Shown here: piece by piece, positions 24,560-36,752 of the stretch
Layout: the number at the start of each line of letters is the position of its first letter
How positions within the stretch are numbered: position 1 is the stretch's first letter
Assembly (NCBI GenBank): GCA_030704615.1
Contig: CM060734.1
Coordinates: 9,548,001 to 9,612,000 of the forward strand
Reading direction: 5' to 3'
From: Takakia lepidozioides
Lineage: Eukaryota > Plantae > Bryophyta
DNA length: 64,000 nucleotides
Notes under the pieces: generated by a model
Database searches by the model: none
What the model was told of the DNA's origin: nothing
The model's input: the letters and a program-made list of their open reading frames with translations, nothing else
Translations under genes and position numbers: made by a program

Positions 24560-27297
24560 CTATCTTAGTACATGCCGATTCACCGTCTCGTGATGAATGT
24601 AGTATGCACTGGCGGTTTCACGCTCCTCATCTGCGGTTTGGTCTTCCTCGTTGGCGTATAAGTCATGTATAAGTGCTCTGTCATGTATCCCTTTATAGCC
24701 TTTTAACTTGTTAATATTTATTCGTCCCACGAATTCTTGTTCCAAGGTCTACAAATCGACAGTTCCATTGTCATGTACCCTTTTGATTTGAAATGGTCCC
24801 ATCCATGGCATTTTCAATTTTCCTCCCAGTTTGATTTTCTTGATTTTTGGTAACCACAAAATAATTTCCCCGTCCTGGAAAGATTTTTCTTCGCTGTTCT
24901 TGAATTCGTGCCAAGTTATCTGCAGCGTCTGCCCGAACTTCTTCCAGATGAAATAACTCATGTTCCCTGACTCGTAGAGATTCTTCTAAACCCCATCGTT
25001 CATGAGTTCCGGTTCGTAGTGTGGGTATCATGCATTCAATGGGTAATAGTGCCTCTGCTCCATACACAAGTTGAAATGGTGTATGTTTCGTGGTCACCTT
25101 GTATGATGTCCTGAATGCCCATAGTGTTGTGTTCATTTTGGTGTCCGATTGGCATTTACTATCTTGGTTAAGATAGTGCATAAATATCTTGTTGGTAGAT
25201 TCGGCTTGTCCATTTCCTTGGGGATAGTAAGCAGTGCTCTTGTGATGTACAATCATGCACTCCTCCGTCAAGCATTTTATGGCATCATTTATAAAATGTG
25301 ATCCCTGATCACTGACGAATTCCAGTGGACAACCAAATCGTGTGATGATGTTTTCATATAAGAATTTGGCTGTCGACATGACAGTGTTGTCTCTTAGTGC
25401 CTTGGCCTCTACCCATTTGGTAGTGTAGTGCTGTGAGGATGTATTGGTTCTGTGTGTACCTTGCTGGAGGTTTAATGGGTCCCACGAAGTCTAGTCCCCA
25501 ACGTTGAAATGGTTCTATTGGTAGTATTAGGTGCATAGTACCCTTCCCAGTTCGTTCTACTGGTCCCATCCTCTGGCAAACATCACATTGTTGACAGTGT
25601 TCATAAGTGTCTCCAAATACAGTAGGCCACCAGTAACGTGCTAATAATATCTTCTTTGCTCTCAGGTCAGAACTGAAGTGTCCTCCTGCAATTCCTTCAT
25701 GTAGCTCTTGCATCACTGTTTTGGCTTGTTCTTTGTTCACACATCTTCTCATTATGGAGTCAATTCCTCTTTTGTACAGAATTCCCTTGATCACTGTGTA
25801 TGGCTTACTTTTCATTGAAAGCTTTCTCCTGTCATCTTTGGTATATGTTCAGATAGTATTTGATTGGCCATTGCCAATCGTCCGGATCTTGATCTTTCTT
25901 CTTCTGGATCTGGCTCTTCCTCAATAATAGGTCCTTCATCAAGAGGTTCATCTTCATCTGATGAGTCCTCTTCTTCATCAGTGTCATCCATGAGCTTAAG
26001 AGAATCTGGGAGGTCATAGTCTCATTGAAACACTCCCAGAGCGTCTAGAGGGTCTACCTCTGCTTCTTGGGCTTTTGGTTGAACGGCAAACAGAAATGCA
26101 TCGGGAAGTTGATCCTTTACTCCTGTTGCTGGTTCTCCTGTAGGAATTCTTGACAGATGATCTGCTGTAACATATAATCTTCCTGGTTTATGAACAACTT
26201 CAAAATCATACTCATGAAGAAGTAATAACCATCGAGCAACCCTGCCACTAGCTAGTGGTCGATTTGCTAAATGAACTAGAGTCTGATGATCAACAATAAA
26301 CTTAAAGTGATTGCCAAGTAAATAATGCCGAAACTTTTGAACAGCATAAATCATTGCCAATGCTTCCCTTTCCGTGGTGCTATAGTTCTTCTCAACTGCT
26401 GTCCGCAATCTGCTTGCATAATAGATTGGTGAATCTATTGTGTCTGTCACATTCTGGGCCATAACTGCCCCCAAAGCAATGCCTGATGCATCACTGTGTA
26501 CATGAAATGGTAAATCCCATCTTGGATTTATTAGAATTGGGGTTGTTGTGAGTGCCCTTTTTAGTGAATCAAATGATTCCTGGCAAGCTGGAGACCATCG
26601 GTATTCAGCATCTTTCTTCAGCAGTCTATAGACTGGTGCCGCTCTGTGAGCATATTTGGCCATGTACCCTCTGTAATAGCTCGTCTGTCCCGGAAATCTC
26701 TTGAGTTTCTTGGGATTTTCTGGTGGTGGTATTTTCTGGATAACATCCACCTTCTTTGGATCCACCAGAATTCCCTGTTGGCACACAATGTGTCCCAACA
26801 GTAATCCTGAATTCACACAAAATGTACATTTTTCCGGATTGAGACTTACTCCATTGTCTCTGCAAGCTGAGGCAAAGTTTTAACTGTGCCAAGTGTTTGG
26901 ATTTTTGTCCAAAGACACTGAAATCATCCAAAAATACCTGCATAAAATCATTGAGATAACTCTTGAATATCTCAGATACTGCTCGTTGAAACATGGCTGG
27001 TGCTTTGCAAAGTCCAAATGGCATGACTTTGTAAGCATAAACTCCCCATTCAGTGATGAATGCGGTCTTTTCTCGGTCGTCTTCTGCCATTTGCACCTGG
27101 TTGTACCCACTGAACCCATCCACGAATGAATACATCTCATGTCCTGCCACTGTGTCCTACACTATCTCTGTGAAAGGTAGTGGAAATGGGTCTTTCTTGG
27201 TTCCTGCATTCAATTTGCGGTAGTCCACACATACCCGTAATTTTCCATTCTTCTTGGGTACTATCACAATGGGTGATAACCATTGTGGTGTCTCTAC
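24560..27297 (-). pseudogene. Gypsy pol (RT, RNase H, integrase), frameshifted
   Basis: KLRVCVDYRKLN, DGFSGYNQ, FLDDF, SDASG...YSTTEREALA, GHF...[27 protein letters not shown]. Confidence 0.92.
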
Positions 27298-27456
27298 GAG
27301 ATTAGCTATTTCATGAGCATGAGCGGCATGAGCGGAGTAGTAAGACAATTGGTTTTCATGAGCAGAAGTACAAATTAGGGAAATAAAAAACATTAAAAAC
27401 ATTATTTTAATAGAATGTGTTAGAAAAAAAAAAACCAATATAATATTCATTGTTTG
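27298..27456 (-). repeat. MULE terminus (TIR plus subterminal), same family as 49660-63076
   Basis: GAGATTAGCTATTTCATGAGC...; reverse complement of ~62886-63076; truncates the gypsy RT. Confidence 0.88.
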
Positions 27457-28589
27457 TACCCCTTTGACATTAGATCCTTGAGCTGGGCCTTCAGCTCGAC
27501 CAACTCTCTGTGGCTCAAAGCTGCTCGACAAGCTGAAGGTCTCTAATATTAACAAGGCTCTGTTTGACATTGTTGAGTCAATCTCTATCCAACCCGCTCC
27601 CAGGCAGGTGGGCCATGTCGAGTGGATGCAGGAAATCGACAATAAACTTGATGCTCACTCCATCTCCATCAGAACCGACCTACGTAACGACATCGATGAT
27701 ATGGAGCACAGACTGTCTGCATTAGTCAACAACCAGCAACTTGCCTATCATGAGTACATGATATCTCTGCATAAATCCATAACGGATAACCTCGGCCATA
27801 ATCTGGCGAATTTTTATCATCATGTGGATCTCGTCTTTGCTAATCTCCCTAAGCTTCCAGGGCCGGGATCCTCGGATTCTACTCTACCAAGGTCCAAGTG
27901 CAGGGTCCCCACAGCCTAGCCCCAACATAGTATTCAAGACGTTCTACCATACTGCTCCAGAGTTCACTGGTCTGCTACCTGCACAACCATCTGCCCCTTT
28001 GGGCACTGGATCGGTTCGCATCTAGGAGCATGTTGACGAATCAACCCTGCCAACCACGGCACCTACATAGCCCTCCGACTCTCTCCTCACAGGTGTAACC
28101 AAGCATCCACATGCGTAGTCACAACGGTCTCCATCGTGCCCTCAACATTAGCTTCTTTTCTGCTAGAGTAGTTTGCTATCTAGTCTTGTTGGTATCGCTC
28201 TGCCCACCCTCAGTTGTATCGAGTTGGGTCATAGTTTTTTCAAACCCAGCCGCTGCTTTCAAATCCTATATCACTTTATCGCTCGGGTCACACCCCACTC
28301 CTCCTCCTCACACTTCTCCCTCTCTCGCTTCATCTTGCACTTCTAATCCTAACGGCTACATATCCATTAACATTACCCCTCCCTACTCATGTCTGCTATG
28401 GTTCACCACTCTGCCAGCATACGTGACATATCCCGTCATTTCCTACCAACCCCTGCCCCAATCATATTATCCCCAATCATATTCATCGCCCAATATACAT
28501 CCCTGTTACCCATACTTTTCATCCTCAGCTCCTCACCCCCATGTCCACCACACGAGTCATCCCCCCCCACACAAGTAGCAGCCAGACCC

Positions 28590-29367
28590 TGAGTCACAGC
28601 TGCAACCCTCTTCACAGACCAGTGAGATAAAGTCGATGCATTCTCAAGTGCAAGCACAACAGGGCCGGCCAACAGAGCAACAACAGGGGGAAATAGGACT
28701 CAAGACGTCAAATTTTTTATGGCCGAATGTCCCCTGGATAGCAGCCCTATACCCACCCTTTGGCTCAAGATGCAGGACTTCCTTCACTCAAACTTACCTC
28801 ATTATTCCATCCTCCCCCATGTGACAACCACTTGGGGCTCTTACATTGAGGAGTTCCTTAGGCTCAACTCTAAACTTAGCCCATCTACTCAAATTCTAGC
28901 ATTAATGGAGGAGAAAGAGGTTCGACAGTCAGCTATACCTCAAGATGGTATATGGGTCCAGCAGGCTAGATCCGGTGATGATAAGCTTCCACCAGCCCCC
29001 TTTTGGGCCCAAGTAACGGGGGAGCCATTTTCCCAACAGGGCTTGGATTTGAGATTGTGGGTCTAGCACGCCGAGGCCTACCTTTTTTTTTTGGGTAAGC
29101 TGATTTGATGCCATGACACCTGAGGCCTTTTATTTTGCGAGGCGTCCTTGGCTCCCCAAATGAAGTTTCTGATACATTTTTTGACCTCTTGAATGAGTCT
29201 TGAACTAGTGCTCCAAGTAGAGGCAAAGAACCAGATACCAGCCATCAAGATTTGATTTGCCACCAAAGCCCTATCAATGATTGAGAGATAACAAGAACCC
29301 CAGTAGGCTAGTTGTCTTTTGACAATAGTTGGGCCTATTCTTTGATCTTCCGAGAGGTTGATACCTA
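28590..29367 (-). pseudogene. L1/Tx1-type LINE ORF2 fragment (post-RT region)
   Basis: RALVANQILMAGIWF...IRNFIWG...VSWHQISLPKK.VGLGVLD...QALLGKWL. Confidence 0.75.
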
Positions 29368-32300
29368 GAGGTTTACTATTTCATGAGCCGGAAACCATGA
29401 GCCATGATCCATGAGCCGCATGAGCGGTGAGCCAAAGTGTAAGACAATAGGTTTTCATGAGCGGAATTCTCCAGATTTGGAAATGTGGCAGAATTTTAAA
29501 AATAAAATAAATAATTATTGGTTTTTTATTTGACACTGAATATTTAAGAATTTCCAGATTCTGTAATGCAAGGAATATATGTCCTGAGTAAGCATTGCAC
29601 TCATGCTTACGTAATTGTGCTCATGGAAAGAAATTGCGGTGCTTGGAAAATTGGAGTATGGCACAGCAAAAGACGATGTATGTTGATGGAAATTAACAAT
29701 TCCTCTGTTTTATTTGCCCAAACATGCGAATGAAGGTGACCCATGTCTCTAGATTATATGATTCCTATGCAACATTCGACTACTCGTTGGTTGGACAATT
29801 GGCAATCTTCCTGCATTCTGCGGGAAAAGTCTGCGACCAGACTGGAAAATGCGGCGCCAAATTCTAGTTCGCACGTGCAAGACTATTTCTGATTGTTGTA
29901 TTCTTGGCAAAAGTCGGCTATAAGATTGGGAAATGCGACGCCGCATTTCCTACAAATGGTCAACTGACGTATGCAGTGTGGGGGAGGGAAAAAAATGACC
30001 ACAAAAAAACCGTTGGAGCCTCTGGTGTTGCTTGTATGTCGTACTTGGGCTTTCCAAAGACACAAGTCATAATGTCATGCCTGCAAAACCAGGAGACGGT
30101 TGTTGCTCTACAAATTTCGCACAAACAAATCTTTCCATGAAACAAGGTGCATGGACTGCCCCGACTGGGTTCCTCCTCATCATCTCACCACACCGTTGTC
30201 GTGTATCCACTCGAATTGCAGAACACCTGCCTCGATATGCCGGCAGTGTGTGAGCAATTCTCCACTGTGACACAGACACTGTCGTGTCCACAATGGGTTG
30301 CCTATACTGCATGACTGCAGCCGGAATTTGGGGTAGGTATGGCAACAGATTCTCTGCCACCAAATCCCCATTGCTTGAAGGCGAATATGGTGATCTTGAA
30401 ACTATTGGGCTTGCAATGCTGGAAGACACATTGTGCGGCAACATGACAGGACCTCGAGGCCCAGTGCGAATGTTCACGTCCGAACGCCAGGAATCCTCTT
30501 CGCAGCCGGGTTCCTCTTCAATTCTTCACCTCACAGGCCGAGTACGGACGTCCCCCTCTAGGTGTTGACCTCTGCGGTGCAAAGGCATCCCTTTGATCTT
30601 CTCTTGCAATGCCGTTGCTCATTTCATAGGATTGTTTGACATCTTCGCCGTTCGTACCAACATTTCCTCCATATCCGGCCCAAAGCCCCATTGTTTCCCG
30701 CTCAGGAATTAGTAGTATCTGGCTTGCTGGATGATGGATCTGTCGATGTCCTCCGTTGTGGCCGTGAGGATGTCGACCAAATGTGCGGCAGAAGACGCTT
30801 ATCAGGAGGAATGGACAGATTAAGCCATATTCGTGGTCACATTCCATTTTCCCCTCACCATTTTTTGTGCACTTGCAGGAACTTTGTTTGGATTCGGACA
30901 CGGACATGCCCTAAATTTTGTCTTCGTCAAGTAAAAGTCCAGCATCATACCTGCCGCATGTAATATCCAAATTGTCCAATCGGTAATGCCACTACGCCAA
31001 CCAACTGTGCATGGCTCCTATATCGTCTTCCTCCATTGCACCTGACGTTTTCCACCAAGCCCGGATGCATACAACAGATCGCGGTATTTATGACTGCCAT
31101 ATAGGACTACCCTGCAGTTATAAACGGTACATATGACTATCATGACTGTAAGTTGTCGAACCGCGTGAATAGAATGACTACAGAATGGTTCAGTCAGGAT
31201 GACTACAGTCAAGTGAACCAAGTGATATCTCTCACTGCAGTCATATATACCATATTGCAGTAATATATATATCTTTATCTGATAACTCTGCTGCGCTACG
31301 TGGCGAGGCGCACCTACTTAAAAAAAATAAAAATATTACACGTCGTGTCGTGCCGTGTTGCGCCACATGGCATGACGCATTTTTATAATTAAAAAAAACC
31401 ACGTGGCATCCCATCTAGGGTGCCACGTGCTATCCTTGACTCGCCTACTAACCCTAGGGCCATCCTATCCATTTGATTATACTTGGAGAAGTTCGAACCC
31501 GCAACCTCTTTGCTAGAAGACTTAACTACATGCTAATCAATACACCCATTACTTATGCATGTGACCATATGGAGTTTTAATTGTATATAACAATATATTA
31601 AATACACATCAAATGACAAAATCCCCAGTAGTCCTCATGACTATGTAACCTCATCCATGTACATTGTAGTCATGCAAATGACTACGAGTGGTGAGCTAGA
31701 TCTGGTCGATTGCCGTTGACGAGCCTCCGCCCATTCCGAAGCCATGTAGTCATACACACGACTGCGGGGGGTCAATTTCATGCAAAAACATGGTGCAGTC
31801 ATGGTCAAAGTTAGGAAAACCATGACTACCGGGGGTTGGCAGTGATAAATACCGCGATCTGTTGTAGTGATACAAACCCTGTCTCTGCGTCATCCAATGT
31901 GGGAGCATTCTTCCAGGCGATACATAAATAATGGTGGTCAGCTTGGAATGCTGAAGCAACAAATTTTGTTGTGTAGTGAGATGCTCGTTTATGCCCTCCC
32001 ACAGATGCATCTCCGATTGTGTGTCCTCCCCTTTCATCTCACAAATTGTAATGGTCATGAGCCTTTTCGAGTGATGGTCGTTTACATGCGCACCCATCGT
32101 AAGTACCTATTCATGGTTTGTAATTCGCTTGAAGTGGTCAAACATCACCCAAGCATTTGACAAGTCCTCATTTGTTATTCGGCGTACCAAGTCCACTCCA
32201 CTCCCAGGCCCACATGTTGACATCTTGAAAATGAAACAAGTTCCTTGCCCTGGAAACCTGCTGCCTGAATGTAGTCATATCCACACCATTGTTTCACCTC

Positions 32301-32650
32301 CAGAATGGAGTGCATGTCCGACCAGGCCGGCTGAATTTTTGCTTGCAAGATACAATGTGATTCCTGACATTGGGGCTGCAAACATGAGAGACGGACTCCA
32401 AGAGGTCCACCATTTCAGTCTCGTCCAAGGGCACTCGATCTTTCCCATCTTCCGACATAATTCTTCCCAGAATAATCTTGTGGGCTGCTAGTAGCCGAAT
32501 CTGTTTTGGTCTCACTCTGGGCCTCAATTTCACCTCTTCTTTTATGGTGTCATGTGCTTTCTGCACAGCTTCCCTCGTGTTTCTTCTAGTCACCAAGGTA
32601 TGGCAATGGACCCCAACGTGTATGCAAGCTCTTGTCAAGTCAGGGAACCT
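29368..32650 (-). mobile_element. Degenerate MULE of a related subfamily
   Basis: TIR GAGGTTTACTATTTCATGAGC at 29368. Translated pieces (30067-30477, 31750-32097, 32294-32638) are clearly homologous to the transposase at 59557-62000. Confidence 0.85.
31072..31869. mobile_element. Non-autonomous CACTA element
   Basis: The right end read inward is CACTACAACAGATCGCGGTATTTATCACTGCCA. The left end is CAACAGATCGCGGTATTTATGACTGCCA (terminal CACTA lost). 3-bp TSD ATA; ATGACTAC subterminal repeats; MULE sequence resumes on both sides. Confidence 0.8.
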
Positions 32651-33360
32651 AATCTGCGATTGATCTCTTCTTTAGCCGCACCTGTATCCACATGCGATCT
32701 TTACGAGGTCCTCCTTGCAACAATATGATCTCATTCTACTTTGGGCTAGTTGGTTTTCACACTTTTCAGGCTTGGTGCTTCTAAAACAAAAAACGATCAA
32801 CAGATGAAACAAGCTGCTAACACCGCGTCGGTTAATCAGGGCCCGCCATGTGGCGCTCCCGCCTCCATCGATCCCCCTCCATTGAACGGGGGGGGGGGGG
32901 GGGGGGGGGCACGTGTCCATCCAGATGCTCGGGATGAGGGGGGATCCAGCAGTTCAAGGGCAGGAGGATCGACGGCGGGGGACGGGCACGTGGCGTGGCT
33001 GGGGGGGGGATGAATGGATCAGTCCATGCAGGCGAAGGGGATTGCCGTTCGGGGGAGCGGACGCAGGGGATCCCACCATGTGGGCAGGCGGATCGGCGGC
33101 GGGGGGAGCGCCACGTGGTGGGTGATCGCGCGGTGGTGAGGGGGGCACGGAGGGGGGATCGCCACATGACGCTCGATTGGGGCAGGAGGGCGGAGGAGGG
33201 GGGTGGGGGGGGGGGGGGGGGTGGATTTGACATGGTCCCCCCAGCCCCTCGGAGGCTGCCAGATGGGGCGTTCCCAGCGGGGTCAGTCAGGCCGTACTTG
33301 TCAGCGCCATCAAATCAAGCCACATCCATATTGGGACCGGAGAAGAACATACCACACCCG

Positions 33361-33432
33361 TCCAGCTAGCAGGATTTGACCCCAGAATTTTCTTGGTGGC
33401 ATTGAGTGCACTATCCAATTGAGCTACTGACT
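33361..33432 (-). pseudogene. tRNA-derived sequence (pseudo-tRNA or SINE head)
   Basis: GTAGCTCAATTGGATAG (A box/D arm) and GGGTCAAATCC (B box-like); anticodon arm degenerate. Confidence 0.45.
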
Positions 33433-34902
33433 GTTGGTAACATTTTTGGAAGGGACCTCCATTGAGCGGCCTTTAATCCTTTCTATTGGATATGCGCACA
33501 CTCGACACAAAGAAAGGACCATCTGTGCAACATGGTATCCATGATTTGAACCCAGAGCCATATCGATGGTACTCAGTCCTCTATCCTACAGTCTACCATC
33601 TAGAAGTAGCGTGCTCTGAAAACCCCTCAAAATATAATGCTGAGAATATGTAGAGCAGTTTCATTCGGGCCCTGATTCTAGAGTGGTCCAGGAATTACTC
33701 TCGCCCAGGAATTAGAGTGGGGCGCCTATGTAGGAAGGCCACGTGTATTAAGGAATGAGATGAGGGGGTCCAAAAAAAAAGGGAGGAATTGGCTAAATTT
33801 AGAATAGGGAGTCTTGTAGGGTTGAGAATATGCTGAGAATATGTCAAGATTGTTGTTAATCATTTTTTTCATCGTCACTTCCCAGGAAATAGGCGCCTTT
33901 TTCTGCTTGTAACATTCCCCGGAGCCCACTCGACGAAACAAGTCGAGTGGTTGGATTTGAGCCCAGGACCTCTTGCGGAGGTACCGGGGGGCCCAAGATT
34001 GTGGCGCGTGCCGTGATCGCGGTCACAGACGTGTTCACACAACTAAACTCGACCCGTCTGGACTCTCAACCCCAACCACATTTACACCGCCAGACTGCAC
34101 CCACCTCTCCTCCACGTGGCAAGCATGTATTGCAAGTGACTTATGTGCGAGTGGATAAAACACAACACCTACTTTTTAGGGTTGACTTCCTCACACTCGT
34201 CCATCGAAACAGATGGATGAGTGCAGATGACATCCATCAATACCTCCGTCCACCGACCCATAGAGTGACAGCTGAAGACATCCATCCGAAGCAAGTAATT
34301 CGTGTTTTGTCGACTCGTGTATTCTCTATATATTTCTTATTTTATTTTATTTTATTCCCTACATCTCTTTTCTGTTTTTTTTGAATTGCCAGCCAATTTT
34401 GCCAGAACATTCCTATCCTCCGCCGGATGCCGTCCATCTGTGACAGCGAAATTCGGAGCTCGCCACGTGGCAACCCCTGCTCGCTCAACATCTTACGACG
34501 GTACCTTGTACGGCTGGCCCCGCCGGACATCCGTGTCCGTCCATCTCGAGCCGTCCGTCCACACCCTTTGGCTCTGTTTGGACTACTTGTTGGCCGTTAC
34601 CATCCGGGGCTGCATATTCTGCAGGTTTAGGGCTCAATTATGTGGCAGTATCGGCCTTCCAAACCCCACTGCCGATTCAGCAACGTAAAGCACTGCGGCT
34701 GATTTCTCTTTGCAAATATCTGCTCGTTATAAAGTGTAACATCTAGCCACATGTCGCAGGTGTGCATTACACGCACGTGTAATGCACATCTGCGATATTT
34801 CTTTATCTTTATATCCAAAATCTTTTCCAGGTTCACCACCTGCCACGGGCAAAAAGATAATAAATGATGGAAAGAAAAAGAAATCAGCCTTGGTCTTTAC
34901 GC

Positions 34903-35047
34903 AGGGTAATGCCCCATGTGTCGGGCATTACGGGATTTAAGGGCCTGACGTCGACAGTGGACGGATTTTCGGGCCTTCCCCTCGGGCTACCGCCCTCGGC
35001 GTCAGGCCCTTAAATCCGGTAATGCCCTCCACTCAGGGCATTACCCT
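34903..35047. repeat. 145-bp nested inverted-repeat (foldback) structure
   Basis: Outer pair AGGGTAATGCCC/GGGCATTACCCT; inner pair GGGCATTACGGGATTTAAGGGCCTGACG/CGTCAGGCCCTTAAATCCGGTAATGCCC. Confidence 0.85.
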
Positions 35048-36425
35048 ATACGTAATCTGCCAGGATGGCAGATTCTGCACGTGTACGGATTCGTATGTGC
35101 ACAGAATATGCAGCCCCATATGGTAACGCCAGGGAGCGGGCCGGGTCTGCCGATTCTGTAATCCCGCTCGGACCCAGGCTCGCCCTTGGAGCACCCCCAA
35201 CGCAGGTACGCCATGCCATTTCCAACGCCATTTTCGCATGGCGTTTCCTGGATTGGATCGTGCCCCAACGTACCCTGCCAACACTATGTTTGGCGCAGAG
35301 GGACCTACGCCAAGGGCAGGGGGTACGCCATATTTTCCATCTTTGGCGCACCTCGCCAAGCTTTTGCAAAGCGCACTTGTGCACGCCCGCAAAGGGAGCA
35401 AATCTGGTGCGTGCACATCGCGCAAAGTTATGAGGAACATGCGCTCTTGCTTTTGGGGATATGAAGAACAGGTGTGGGGCAGCCTAGAGCCACCACGTGG
35501 CTTCAGTAGGCTCGCCAGCCCACCTTGGGGCTGGATTTGACGTGACCCCGGTGGATGTCCTTCCGCCAAACTCCATGCCATGAGCCAAACCCCACGCCAA
35601 AGCTCTACGCCATGAGCACCTTGGTGGGGCCCGATGGCGTTCACCATTGGAGATGCTCTTAGGGCCTCGCGGGATGCTAGAATCGGCCGACCACGGCCCA
35701 CTCTCTAGTACGAAGTGCGCCCTGGCCACCGTCGCATGGATCGGTCGGCCGACCCCCTTTCTCCATTTGCCGACCCCTATTCCGAAGCGGAATACCCATC
35801 CCTGCTGTATATTGTTAGGAATCTGTTCTAGTCTACCGGTTGCTGGCAGTACCGACTGACAGCTGTCTTAAAGCTCGTGCGAGGGACTGCAGAGTGCGTA
35901 ACTTGCGCTCACTAGAGCCAGTATGCCCTGTCAGCGCACGACCCCCGCCCTCCGATACCCGTCCAGCCCTATTCTCAGAAACTCTGAAATACAAGTATGT
36001 TTCCACATTTTTATTGTAATATATATATTTAAAGGGAAACACCTGGGAGGGACAGCTCACATATCACGCCCCTTAATAGTGAGAGGAGAAAATAACCTCT
36101 TTCACAGTAACCGGCCGTGAGGGGTGGAATGGGGCACCACCCAGGAACCATACCACACCCATGAGTAGCAAGATTTGACCCCAGAATCGTCCTCTGTATA
36201 TTCGTATATTCCCAAGATGTAGGTGAGTGGAAAACACCCATGCGGTCGATTTGGATTTCGTAGGGACCAAAGTAATTTGGAAATAAAAAAGCTCCACAGA
36301 AGTTTTTAGAGACTCAGGAAAGTTGCAGTGACAGCTTCGATGGAAGATGAATGAGAATTGGATAAGGGGATAGGAGAATGGATGAGTAACTGAAGGATGA
36401 AGATTGGGGTGGATGGCGAGTGTTA

Positions 36426-36752
36426 TCTATTTTTAATACGTAGAGTATAATATGAAGCGTTGTCAGGTAGGGGGGAGTGGGCATGCCATGTCGAGGTATG
36501 GACTAGGTAGCATTCGAGAGGAGCCCATGCTACCGGATATAGCAGGGAGCCAGGACCTACCGAGCCGCGTTAGCGGCGAGATGTCATGGCGACCTGCTAT
36601 ACCCGTTAGCTGGCGCTCCTATCGAGCGCTACCGGACATAACCAGGTTTTTAGGGCAGCGAGCCAAGTCAGTCTACCCTTGTACGTACCTACCACCACTG
36701 GATATAGCAGGGAGCCAGGACCTACCGAGCCGCGTAGGTAGTTAAAATCTAG
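36426..36752 (+). mobile_element. Putative non-autonomous Helitron
   Basis: A|TC 5' end and CTAG|T 3' end, hairpin ACCTAC-cgagccgc-GTAGGT 9 nt before CTAG, and a ~36-bp internal duplicate of the 3' end (36535 and 36700). Confidence 0.55.

Larger units (their letters stand above)
20551..27297 (-). mobile_element. Non-chromovirus Ty3/gypsy element (Athila/Tat-related, Phygy/Selgy-like) with extra 3' ORFs
   Basis: Pol 24560-27297, extra ORFs 21081-24559, PPT at 20751-20767, and 3' LTR start TGATAACGG at 20745, interrupted at 20550 by element B. Confidence 0.8.

Noticed and set aside
32832-33369. Pro/Gly-rich ORFs
   Set aside because: Produced by poly-G runs and high GC; no domain evidence.
35033-35701. 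222-aa minus-strand ORF next to the foldback as a recombinase
   Set aside because: No R...HxxR...Y tyrosine recombinase pattern or other motif was recognisable.
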